NCBI GenBank assembly: GCA_963665665.1 | Contig: OY762428.1 | Span: 2,784,001-2,848,000, forward strand | Source: Candidatus Kapaibacterium sp. | GTDB lineage: Bacteria; Bacteroidota; Ignavibacteria; Kapaibacteriales; UBA2268 | Reading direction: 5' to 3' | DNA length: 64,000 bases | In this document: positions 1-9,146 of the stretch, in pieces | Layout of the letters: the number at the start of each line of letters is the position of its first letter | Numbering within the stretch: position 1 is the first letter of the stretch | Translations under genes and position numbers: made by a program | The notes under the pieces: model-generated | Database searches by the model: none | Told to the model about the DNA's origin: nothing | What the model saw: the letters and a program-made list of their open reading frames with translations, nothing else

Positions 1-104
1 TAATGATTTCAGCGGAAAAGGCCAAAACCGGTTTCCAGCTATTGATGGAAATGAGAAATAAATTCCTTGACCTCTACAAAGAAGTTAGCAGGATGCAGGT
101 GTGA
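1..104 (+). CDS. fliE: flagellar hook-basal body protein FliE, 3' end (truncated by window edge)
   Basis: Frame from nt 3 reads MISAEKAKTGFQLLMEMRNKFLDLYKEVSRMQV*, the typical FliE C-terminus (RNK...Y.E..RMQV); directly upstream of fliF. Confidence 0.9.
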   Translation, partial: MISAEKAKTGFQLLMEMRNKFLDLYKEVSRMQV

Positions 105-165
105 TTTTGGTTCGGTAATGAATCAGCAGTAACTTGATATTTTTGGATTTAAGCGAAAAAGAGAT

Positions 166-1965
166 ATGGCTGAATACGCAGCAATGGAGCAAATCAAAGG
201 ATTTTACGAAAAACTGACAAAAGTTCAGAAGATAATTATTGGTTCTGTACTTGGTGTTATCATAATTTCACTTGCTACCCTTATTTTTTCCTCTACGGAC
301 AAAGAATTTTCAGTATTATACAGCCAGCTTGAACCCCAGGATGCATCACAAATAATCGAAAAACTTAAAGAAAAGCAATTTGATTATGAACTGAAAGATG
401 AAGGTTCAACTATTCTTATTGAAAAGAGCAAAGTATATCAAACCAGGCTGGACCTTGCTGCCGAAGGGCTTCCCGAAACAAGCGTTGTAGGATATGAAAT
501 TTTCGATAAAACAAACCTTGGTATGTCGGAATTTGTTCAGAAGCTGAACTATAGAAGGGCCCTGGAAGGTGAATTATCCCGTACAATTACCAACATGGAT
601 GAGATTACCAAAGCTCGCGTCCATATTGTAATCCCTGAAAAAGTATTGTTCAAGAAAGATCAGAAGGATCCGACTGCATCGATCACACTAAGCCTTAGAT
701 CAGGCAGGTCGATAAGCCGTCTGAATGTAGAAGGAATACAGAATCTTGTAGCCGGCTCGGTTGAAGGGATGGAACCTGATAATGTAATGATAGTTGACCA
801 GCGCGGGCGCGTACTGTCCGAGAAAAAATCAGATAAAAGCACTATTGCAGGACTTACCGCTACACAGTACGAACAGCAGATGAATGTAGAAAAATATCTG
901 TCTGGCAAGGTGCAGTCCATGCTGGACGGTGTTCTTGGCCCCGGCAATTCCGAAGTAAGGGTAAATGCTGATCTTGATTTTACGCAAATTGAAAGAACTA
1001 TTACCGATTTTGACCCTGAGCGCCAGGTGGAAAGGTCTACACAGGCAATTGAGGACAAAACAAGCAAGGTGGACTCGGTAACAAATTCATATTTCAACCT
1101 GAATGATAACACTAAGGACAGAAGTTCAACCCCGATGCTGAACAAAGATGAGAAATCAAAATCCAATATTATTACCAATTATGAAGTTTCTAAAAAGGTG
1201 GAGCGCATAGTTGAAGGTGTTGGCAATATAAAAAGGCTTTCCGTGGCGGTGATGGTGAACGGAACCCTTGACGTGGTTGAAAAAGAAGGTGACAAATCAC
1301 TGGAGTATTCCCCGCGCGAAAAAGAGGAAATGGAAAAACTTGAACAAATTATTAAGAAATCTGTTGGATTTGATCCTGACAGAGATGACCAGGTTTCTGT
1401 GATAAATGTTCCTTTTGATACAGTAATTCAGGAAAAGGATATTAATGATTTCTATCGCCAGCCATGGTACGAGATGCCGGAATATCAGAAACTTCTGTTG
1501 CTGATACTCGCAATGGCGGTTACGATATTTATTATGTACAAAATACTAAGGTCGAAACAGGTTAAAGACAGGTTAAGAATAGCATTTAACCTTCCGGATA
1601 AAATCGAGCTTGAGGAAGAAGAGGAAGAAGAAGACCTTGAAGAAATTCAGCTTGATGACGAAGAATTGCTGCTGATGCCTGCTGAATTGCCGGAGCAATT
1701 GCTACTGGAAAGCGAAAAAGCAGACAAGGCCTTGGGATTGCCTGAAGAAGAAATAATTGAAAGCGGAGACGGCGGTTCTCTGGCATCCAAGGCACAGGCC
1801 AAACTTGAGGAAACGCCGGAAATGACTGAAGAAGCGCTTATGAAACTTGAAATAAAAGAAAAAGTACAGAAATATATGGATTCTGATACCGAAGAAGCTG
1901 TGAAACTTGTTAAAATGCTATTGTCTCAGGATGTTATTGAAAGTGCTTCCGGATTTAATTTCTGA
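166..1965 (+). CDS. fliF: flagellar MS-ring protein FliF
   Basis: N-terminal TM helix, GYEIFDK..LGMSEFVQKLNYRRALEGELSRTI, ARVHIVIPE, RLSVAVMVNG, second TM near C-terminus; fliE-F-G order. Confidence 0.97.
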   Translation: MAEYAAMEQIKGFYEKLTKVQKIIIGSVLGVIIISLATLIFSSTDKEFSVLYSQLEPQDASQIIEKLKEKQFDYELKDEGSTILIEKSKVYQTRLDLAAEGLPETSVVGYEIFDKTNLGMSEFVQKLNYRRALEGELSRTITNMDEITKARVHIVIPEKVLFKKDQKDPTASITLSLRSGRSISRLNVEGIQNLVAGSVEGMEPDNVMIVDQRGRVLSEKKSDKSTIAGLTATQYEQQMNVEKYLSGKVQSMLDGVLGPGNSEVRVNADLDFTQIERTITDFDPERQVERSTQAIEDKTSKVDSVTNSYFNLNDNTKDRSSTPMLNKDEKSKSNIITNYEVSKKVERIVEGVGNIKRLSVAVMVNGTLDVVEKEGDKSLEYSPREKEEMEKLEQIIKKSVGFDPDRDDQVSVINVPFDTVIQEKDINDFYRQPWYEMPEYQKLLLLILAMAVTIFIMYKILRSKQVKDRLRIAFNLPDKIELEEEEEEEDLEEIQLDDEELLLMPAELPEQLLLESEKADKALGLPEEEIIESGDGGSLASKAQAKLEETPEMTEEALMKLEIKEKVQKYMDSDTEEAVKLVKMLLSQDVIESASGFNF

Positions 1966-2137
1966 CAATAGTGCTATATGACAATAATGCAGGTAAAAGG
2001 CATAAGAGAGAATTGAAGGCTCTTTCAAGTTTTTTAGCACGATATTTGATTGCAATAATATTGCTGCTTTATCGGATTTGAAAATAACACTATTATTGAT
2101 AAAGCATATATGTTGAACCGGGGAACAGGAAAGAAAA

Positions 2138-3160
2138 ATGGCGAGAGCAGGAATATCTGTTGATGATCTGAGTGGAAAGCAAAAAGCTGCCGTACTCCTT
2201 ATGTCGATGGATGTTGACGTTGCGGCAAAAGTTTTTAAGGAACTGGATATGAAAGAGGTTGAGCAGATCGCCGTTGAAATTACTAATATGCGCGACCTGC
2301 CCCCACGTGTGGTTGAAGATGTTATCGAGGATTTCTACCAGCTTATGACTGCCCAAAGCTACATGATAGAAGGTGGTATTGAATATGCACAGCTGATTCT
2401 TGAAAAAAGTTATGGCCTGGATCAGGCAAGAGATATAATCGAAAAAATCAGGGTTCTGACAACTGTCCGCGGTTTCAATATTCTGAAAAAGGCAGACCCT
2501 CAGCAGCTTGCAAGCTTTTTGGCACAGGAACATCCGCAGACTATAGCGCTTATCCTGTCCCACCTGCCACCGGATTCTACTGCTGATGTTCTGAATGAAT
2601 TCAAAGAAGAACTCAGGGCGGAAACAATCATGAGGATTGCCAAAATTGGAAAGGTATCTCCGCAGCTTGTATCTCAGATTGAGCATGTTGTGGATCAGAT
2701 AGCGGAATCTACCTTGTCTCAGAACCTGGCATCCCAGGGCGGCGCACAGCTTGTGGCAAATATTCTTAATAAGAGCAACAATGCAGTTGCAAAATCTATG
2801 CTGGAGAATATTGAAGATAAGGATTACAATTTATCAGTTGAAATAAAACGCCTGATGTTCCTCTTCGAAGATATTGTGCTTATCGACGATAAAGGCGTTC
2901 AGAGGATTCTGCGCGATGTTGATAAACGTGACCTTGCACTGGCACTTAAAGTATCCGAAGAGAAAGTTAAGAATAAAATATTCAAGAATATGTCCGAAAG
3001 GGCTGCCGAAGTTGTTAAAGAAGAGCTTGAATTTATGGGACCTGTTAAACTTAAGGAAGTTGAGTCGGCCCAGATGCGTATTGTTGACGTTATCAAGCAG
3101 CTTGAGGAGCAGGAAGAAATTGCAATCGGCGGCCGCGGTAACGACGATGTATTCGTATAA
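2138..3160 (+). CDS. fliG: flagellar motor switch protein FliG
   Basis: LSGKQKAAVLL, EHPQTIALILS, MFLFEDI, NMSERAA motifs. Confidence 0.98.
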   Translation: MARAGISVDDLSGKQKAAVLLMSMDVDVAAKVFKELDMKEVEQIAVEITNMRDLPPRVVEDVIEDFYQLMTAQSYMIEGGIEYAQLILEKSYGLDQARDIIEKIRVLTTVRGFNILKKADPQQLASFLAQEHPQTIALILSHLPPDSTADVLNEFKEELRAETIMRIAKIGKVSPQLVSQIEHVVDQIAESTLSQNLASQGGAQLVANILNKSNNAVAKSMLENIEDKDYNLSVEIKRLMFLFEDIVLIDDKGVQRILRDVDKRDLALALKVSEEKVKNKIFKNMSERAAEVVKEELEFMGPVKLKEVESAQMRIVDVIKQLEEQEEIAIGGRGNDDVFV

Positions 3161-3194
3161 TCGATAAAAATTTACGTATGGACAGAGACCTGAT

Positions 3195-4124
3195 ATGCCG
3201 AAATTTGAAGTAAAATTGCCGAAAAAGATCAGCGGGATAAGTGTTATCCGCGCTGATTCGGTGATTCGCAGGGAGAAAGAAAAATTAAGACGGGAAGAAG
3301 AAAAACGCCTTGCCGAAGAACGCCGGATCAGAGAGGAACAAGAACGCATAGAAGCCGAAAAAGCTGCTGAAGAAGCTGAAAAAAATCGTATTAAAGATAC
3401 TTACCGCTACTATCAGGAAATTACTTTTTCCAGAGCGAATCAGCCCTTACAAATTGATATTCCAGAAGATCTTCTTATAGAGAAAGTACCTCTTACTGAT
3501 GCAGAAGAACAAGTTGAAAAGGCTTATGCCAAAGGATATGAGGAAGGAAGTGAAGAAACAGCAGCTATATGGCAGAAACAGGTAACCGAATTGCAGGACT
3601 GGATAAGAAGAGTTGATAAAGTTGTTGACAAACTAAAATCCGATTATAATAAATCTATTGCCGATTTCAGGGATACACTTGTTAAACTGTCGATAATGAC
3701 GGCAGAACATGTTTTAAGGCACGAAATAACAAAGAACAGCGAACTGGTTATCGATCAGGTTAAAAAAACTGTTGACAGCCTTGATAACGAGCAGATTTTT
3801 AAAATCCGGCTTAACCCGGATGATGTTGATATTCTGGAACAAATAAAAAGCCGCCTGGTATCTGATTCAACCAGAATTGAAGGTGCTGTTATTGCCCCGG
3901 ATAGTTCGATCAGCCGCGGTGGCTGTATCCTTGAAACTTCTTCAGGGCAGATTGATTCCAGAGTAGAAACTCAGCTTGAAATCCTTAAAGAAAAACTTGA
4001 CGAAATTGCCATCCAGCCTCCTAATTTACCATTAAACTCGACAGATGATATCTTGCCTGATACTGACGACCCGAAGGATGAAAATCTCTTGAACTCTACA
4101 GGGGATAATGATGTTCGGGAATAA
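3195..4124 (+). CDS. fliH: flagellar assembly protein FliH
   Basis: Charged N-terminus, AYAKGYEEG (GxxxG-type) segment, IRLNPDD and ISRGGCILETSSGQIDSRVETQL; between fliG and fliI. Confidence 0.9.
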   Translation: MPKFEVKLPKKISGISVIRADSVIRREKEKLRREEEKRLAEERRIREEQERIEAEKAAEEAEKNRIKDTYRYYQEITFSRANQPLQIDIPEDLLIEKVPLTDAEEQVEKAYAKGYEEGSEETAAIWQKQVTELQDWIRRVDKVVDKLKSDYNKSIADFRDTLVKLSIMTAEHVLRHEITKNSELVIDQVKKTVDSLDNEQIFKIRLNPDDVDILEQIKSRLVSDSTRIEGAVIAPDSSISRGGCILETSSGQIDSRVETQLEILKEKLDEIAIQPPNLPLNSTDDILPDTDDPKDENLLNSTGDNDVRE

Positions 4125-5430
4125 TATGCTTGAAAAATTTGGCAGGGCAATCAATTCCACCGATACACTCAGGCGAAGTGGAAAAGTTACAAAAGTTGTA
4201 GGTATGGTTCTGGAAAGCGAAGGCCCAAAGGCGCCTATCGGACAGGTATGCCTGCTGAAAGACAGAATGGGTAATACAATAAGCAAATCAGAGATAGTCG
4301 GATTCAGAGAAAATAGAATATTATCCATGGTACTTGGCGAATTAGAGTCTATTGCCCCGGGAATGGATATTATTGCAACCGGTGATTCACTGAAAGTAAA
4401 AACGGGCGACCAGCTGCTTGGAAGAGTTGTGGACGGGCTCGGCAACCCCATTGACGGGCGCGGGTCAATAAAAATTGATACTAAAAGGTCTATTTACGCA
4501 GCCCCACCTAACCCGCTGGCAAGAATGAGAATTAACAGCCCTATATCAACCGGTATCAGAGCTATCGACGGCCTGCTTACAATTGGTAAAGGGCAGAGAG
4601 TTGGTATTTTTTCAGGTTCAGGAGTTGGTAAATCAACATTGATTGGTATGATAGCCCGGAATACCTCGGCTGATATAAATGTTATAGCACTTGTCGGGGA
4701 GCGTGGCAGGGAAGTTAAAGAATTTATCGAAAAAGACCTTGGCGATAGCGGGCTTGCACGTTCGATAGTTGTTGTGGCAACAAGTGATACCCCACCACTT
4801 GTAAGGGTAAAAGCTGCCCTTACTGCTACTACAATAGCTGAATATTTTCGTGATCGCGGCCTGGATGTTATGCTGATGATGGATTCCTCCACCAGGCTGG
4901 CCATGGCTCAGAGGGAAGTCGGCCTGACGATTGGCGAACCTCCCACAAGCAAGGGTTACACCCCTTCAGTTTTCAGCCTTATGCAGAAAACAATGGAAAG
5001 GGCCGGGACTTCCACCGAGGGCTCAATAACAGGGCTATATACTGTTCTCGTTGAGGGCGACGACATGAATGAACCTGTTTCCGATGCCGCCCGTGGTATT
5101 CTGGACGGGCACTTTGTACTTTCAAGGAAACTGGCATCGCTTGGGCATTATCCCGCTATTGATATATTGCAGAGTATCAGCCGCGTAAGAAATGATATTA
5201 TCAGTCCGGAACACTACCAGGCAGCACTTGCAATTCAGGAAATGAAAGCTACTTATACCGAAGCCGAAGACCTGATCAGCGTTGGAGCTTACCAAAGGGG
5301 AACCAATAAAAAAATTGACAAAGCCATTTCTCTTCAGGATTCAATAAATCAGTTTTTGCGCCAAAGAGTTGAAGAAAGTATTGAGTACGATGATGTTGTA
5401 AATGAAATGATTGATCTTGCCTCACAGTAA
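4108..5430 (+). CDS. fliI: flagellum-specific export ATPase FliI
   Basis: Walker A GSGVGKST, GERGREV, VLVEGDDMNEP, ILDGH, HYPAIDILQSISR; start may be a few codons downstream. Confidence 0.97.
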   Translation: MMFGNNMLEKFGRAINSTDTLRRSGKVTKVVGMVLESEGPKAPIGQVCLLKDRMGNTISKSEIVGFRENRILSMVLGELESIAPGMDIIATGDSLKVKTGDQLLGRVVDGLGNPIDGRGSIKIDTKRSIYAAPPNPLARMRINSPISTGIRAIDGLLTIGKGQRVGIFSGSGVGKSTLIGMIARNTSADINVIALVGERGREVKEFIEKDLGDSGLARSIVVVATSDTPPLVRVKAALTATTIAEYFRDRGLDVMLMMDSSTRLAMAQREVGLTIGEPPTSKGYTPSVFSLMQKTMERAGTSTEGSITGLYTVLVEGDDMNEPVSDAARGILDGHFVLSRKLASLGHYPAIDILQSISRVRNDIISPEHYQAALAIQEMKATYTEAEDLISVGAYQRGTNKKIDKAISLQDSINQFLRQRVEESIEYDDVVNEMIDLASQ

Positions 5431-5654
5431 TCTGATTAAAATTTCAATTATTACTCAATTATTATTTGCAAATTATACAGTTTTATTATTATTTTGGATA
5501 TGATTATCTTATTATATTATTTGGATTATAATGAACTAATTTCCTTTTAATATCAATGTGAAAAATAACATTCTTTACTGGTTTTTGTGCTGCTTTTTTA
5601 AGTTAAAAAGCAGGCTTTATTTTTTATTGTATATTCAAAAACAAGGAAATTTTC

Positions 5655-6407
5655 ATGTCGTACTTTAAATTCAATAATAAAAAAATATACTTCAAAATCA
5701 CGGGTTCCGGCGACCCCTTACTCCTGGTTCACGGAAATACATTGTCCTCGAAAATGTTCCTTCCGGTAATTAAAATGTTCGCTAAGGAATTTAAAACTAT
5801 TGTTATTGATCTGCCGGGGCATGGCAAATCCGAGCGTCTGGAAAGATTCGAAACAGACTTCTGGTTCAACAATGCTCTTGCCTGTAATGCACTTCTGGAG
5901 GAATTGGACCTTGATAATGTATTGGTGATTGGTACAAGTGGCGGAGCTCTTACAGGGATAAACCTCTGTCTTGAGTTTCCGGAAAGAATCAGATACCTGG
6001 TTGCAGACAGCTTTGAAGGTGAATATCCGCTTGATACTTATATCGATTCAATTGAAGAAGACAGAAATCGGGATAAAAAGAAATTCTTGGCAAAATTAAT
6101 CTGGTTCTATTGCCATGGACGGGATTGGAGAAAAATAGTAGATATGGATACCGAAGTAAATATTGAATTTTCAAAATCAGGTAATTCATTTTTTCATAAA
6201 TCTATTACAGCACTGAAGATTCCAACGCTTATTACTGGCAGCCTGAAGGATGAATATTGCGACCATCTTGACATAATATATTCAGGCCTTCAAAAGAAAA
6301 ATCAAGACCTGTCAGTACACATTTTTGAATCAGGAGGCCACCCGGCAATGTTATCTAATAAAAATGATTTTTTTAAATTAGTTGTTGACAGAATCAAGGA
6401 CTGTTGA
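5655..6407 (+). CDS. alpha/beta-fold hydrolase
   Basis: PLLLVHG, IDLPGHGKS, nucleophile elbow GTSGG, C-terminal GGH. Confidence 0.88.
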   Translation: MSYFKFNNKKIYFKITGSGDPLLLVHGNTLSSKMFLPVIKMFAKEFKTIVIDLPGHGKSERLERFETDFWFNNALACNALLEELDLDNVLVIGTSGGALTGINLCLEFPERIRYLVADSFEGEYPLDTYIDSIEEDRNRDKKKFLAKLIWFYCHGRDWRKIVDMDTEVNIEFSKSGNSFFHKSITALKIPTLITGSLKDEYCDHLDIIYSGLQKKNQDLSVHIFESGGHPAMLSNKNDFFKLVVDRIKDC

Positions 6408-6546
6408 TATTAATATTTGAGTATCTTCAACTTGCCCGCCGGGAATGTAAAATTTTCCGGACGGGTATTAATTTTGTTGCCGATTTACAAACTTTCCACT
6501 ATCTTGCGGTATGGAATATGTTTAAAATTACTAAACGTGTAAAGCA

Positions 6547-7380
6547 TTGATAAAAAATATAATTACATTAGCAATAACGATTGTGTTAATAATGTCTTGC
6601 AGCCTTCCGCAAGGCTCGTCGCATAAATTATTCATTAAGGGTTCGGATACGATGCTGAACCTGACAGAGATAATGGCTGAAGATTTTATGAAAGTTAAGG
6701 ATAATATTTCGATATATGTTGATGGTGGTGGAACTCGTTCGGGGGTGCAGGCTCTTGCCAATGGTGAATGCCAGATATGCACTGCTTCCCGCGACCTTAC
6801 CTCATCAGAAATAAAACTGCTTGCCGATAAATACCAGAGCCTGGGAATGTCATTTTTAATTGCCAAGGACGCATTAAGTATTTATATTAATAAGTCAAAC
6901 GTAGTTAATGACTTCACTGTTGATGAACTTAATGATATTTTCACCGGTAAAATAACGAACTGGAAAGAACTCGGAGGAGCAGATAAAAAAATTATCCTTG
7001 TTCTTAGAAACCCCAATTCCGGAACTTATCAGTATTTCAGGCAGCATATTATGAAGGGGGCTGATTATCATAGTGATGCCATGATTGTAGGAACAACACA
7101 AAATATAATTGATGAGGTTTCCGGTGATGAAGGGGCTATCGGATTTGGCGGAATGACTTTTTTCGACGACGATGTAATCCATGCCTCGATAAACAGTGTC
7201 GAGGCCACAATAGAAAATGTCAGGAAGGATAAATATCCTATCAGCCGTTACCTCCATTTCTACACCCTGAACGAACCCCGCGGCCCCGTAAAAAATTTCA
7301 TCGACTGGGCATTAAGTCCCGACGGGCAGAAATCCGTGAAAAAAGCCGGATTTATTTCTCTTTGGGAAATATCGCATTAG
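6547..7380 (+). CDS. pstS: PstS-family phosphate-binding lipoprotein (stand-alone)
   Basis: Lipobox-like IMSC, IKGSDTM, GGGTRSG, ITNWKELGG, RNPNSGTY, YPISRYL; TTG start. Confidence 0.85.
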   Translation: MIKNIITLAITIVLIMSCSLPQGSSHKLFIKGSDTMLNLTEIMAEDFMKVKDNISIYVDGGGTRSGVQALANGECQICTASRDLTSSEIKLLADKYQSLGMSFLIAKDALSIYINKSNVVNDFTVDELNDIFTGKITNWKELGGADKKIILVLRNPNSGTYQYFRQHIMKGADYHSDAMIVGTTQNIIDEVSGDEGAIGFGGMTFFDDDVIHASINSVEATIENVRKDKYPISRYLHFYTLNEPRGPVKNFIDWALSPDGQKSVKKAGFISLWEISH

Positions 7381-7491
7381 GGGTGATATTTGTTCTATTC
7401 ATTCATTTTACTCACTCTTATAAATTAAAAGCCTGACGCTATAAATCCCGAATTTAGAATACTGCCCGGCTGAATGTGCTCGGGGAATTCA

Positions 7492-8799
7492 TTAATACAC
7501 CCGGTTTAGCTCCCTTATAAATTCAGCATCCATGTATTCGCCCCTGTCTTGGAGTAATTTTACCAGGACGGGCCTGTTATGAATTTCATCGCCCAAGGGG
7601 AACCTGACGTTTATATAATTATCCGTCCAGCCGCTCCATACTTTGGTGTTTTTATTCTGCCTTTCAGGGATTACAATCCTATGCGTTCCTTTCTGTGAAT
7701 CATGGAAGGCCCTGCGTTTTTCATCCGATAGTTCCATTAATATTTTAGTACGTTCTTTCCTGATATTTCCCGGAACAACGCCGGGCATATCTGCCGCAGG
7801 TGTGTTATCTCTTTCCGAATACGAGAAAACATGCAGGTATGTGAACGGGAGCGATTTCAGGAAACTGTAAGTTTCCCAGAAATGTTCGTCAGTTTCGCCG
7901 GGAAAACCGCAGATAACGTCTATTCCAATACCACAATCTTTCACTTCCGAGTTGATCTTATGGATTAAGCCGGAGAATTTCTCCTTGTTGTAGCGTCTCT
8001 TCATTAATTTAAGAATTTCTGCCGAGCCGCTCTGCAAAGGGATGTGAAAATGAGGGCACACCGGGCCGCCTGTGGCTGCCAGGCTGATAATACCGGACGT
8101 TAGCTTGTTTGGTTCAATGGACGATATCCTGAATCTTGCCGCTGGCTTCCGCCTGTAAATTTCTTTAATAATATCAGTAAAATCTTCACCGGCAGGGGCA
8201 TTGTACTCACCCAGGTTTATTCCCGTCAGAATAATTTCCTTGAAACCGGCATTTGTGATTTTGTCTATCTCCTTGAATACTGAATGAAATTCCATACCCC
8301 GGCTTTTCCCCCTTGCAAGAGGTATTGTACAGTATGTGCATTTGTAATCGCAGCCATCCTGTATTTTCAGGTTTATCCTTGTGTGAGTGTCATTATCAAC
8401 CGAGGAGGCCGACTGAAAAGGAATTCCCTTGAGTGAGGAAACACAGATGCAGCATTTGCTTTCCTTACCGGCAGAGCTGATAATATCAGCAACCGAGAAT
8501 TTTTCCCTGTGCCCGAATATTCCGTCTGCTCCGGTGCTGACTATTTCATCGGGCTTTAACTGGGCATAGCAGCCGGTTACGGCTATGTATCCTGCCGGAG
8601 AGAATTTCCTTGCGCGGCGTATCATTTTTCTGCTGTCCGAGTCGGCCCGGTTTGTTACAGTGCAGGTATTTATTATTGTAATGTCTGCTTCCGAACCAAA
8701 TTCCACACTTTCGTGGCCAAGTTTTTCAAATTCTGATTTCATCCTGGAAAGATCCGCGAAGTTTACTTTACAACCGAGATTATAATAAGCTATTTTCAT
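7492..8799 (-). CDS. mtaB: tRNA t6A37 methylthiotransferase MtaB
   Basis: LGCKVN, INTCTVT, VTGCYAQ, radical-SAM CxxxCxxC (QDGCDYKCTYC), HFHIPLQSG, HVFSYSER. Confidence 0.93.
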   Translation of the reverse strand: MKIAYYNLGCKVNFADLSRMKSEFEKLGHESVEFGSEADITIINTCTVTNRADSDSRKMIRRARKFSPAGYIAVTGCYAQLKPDEIVSTGADGIFGHREKFSVADIISSAGKESKCCICVSSLKGIPFQSASSVDNDTHTRINLKIQDGCDYKCTYCTIPLARGKSRGMEFHSVFKEIDKITNAGFKEIILTGINLGEYNAPAGEDFTDIIKEIYRRKPAARFRISSIEPNKLTSGIISLAATGGPVCPHFHIPLQSGSAEILKLMKRRYNKEKFSGLIHKINSEVKDCGIGIDVICGFPGETDEHFWETYSFLKSLPFTYLHVFSYSERDNTPAADMPGVVPGNIRKERTKILMELSDEKRRAFHDSQKGTHRIVIPERQNKNTKVWSGWTDNYINVRFPLGDEIHNRPVLVKLLQDRGEYMDAEFIRELNRVY

Positions 8800-8828
8800 T
8801 TATATGATATTTATATATTTTCAAAATA

Positions 8829-8836
8829 CAAAGATA
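8829..8836 (-). promoter_or_regulatory. putative Bacteroidota-type -7 promoter element (TATCTTTG) for mtaB
   Basis: Reverse complement of caaagata matches TAnnTTTG, ~30 nt upstream of the mtaB start. Confidence 0.45.
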
Positions 8837-9146
8837 AGTCATATATGGCTGATATGCATTTTTAATCGGTGCTTATTAAAAGAAATCCGAAGGCAATATT
8901 CTTTGATGTCCACAATTTTGATATCAATATCATAAATGCTGATTCCCTTCAGGCTTGCAGTATCAATAAGCATAAATGATCTTATTTACAGCCACTTTAT
9001 ATCTGAATCCGGCTGTTAGCCTGCTCCGCCCTAATTATTCTGTTTTGAAAACAGCTAACATATTTTTCTTTTATGCTGAGTATAAAATTTATTCAGGATA
9101 ATGAAATATTTCCATGAACCTTGACACTGCGAAGCAATGTGGTATC

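Noticed and set aside
2034-2052. sigma54-like site (tagcacgatatttga) in the fliF-fliG gap
   Set aside because: Both invariant dinucleotides (GG at -24, GC at -12) are mismatched.
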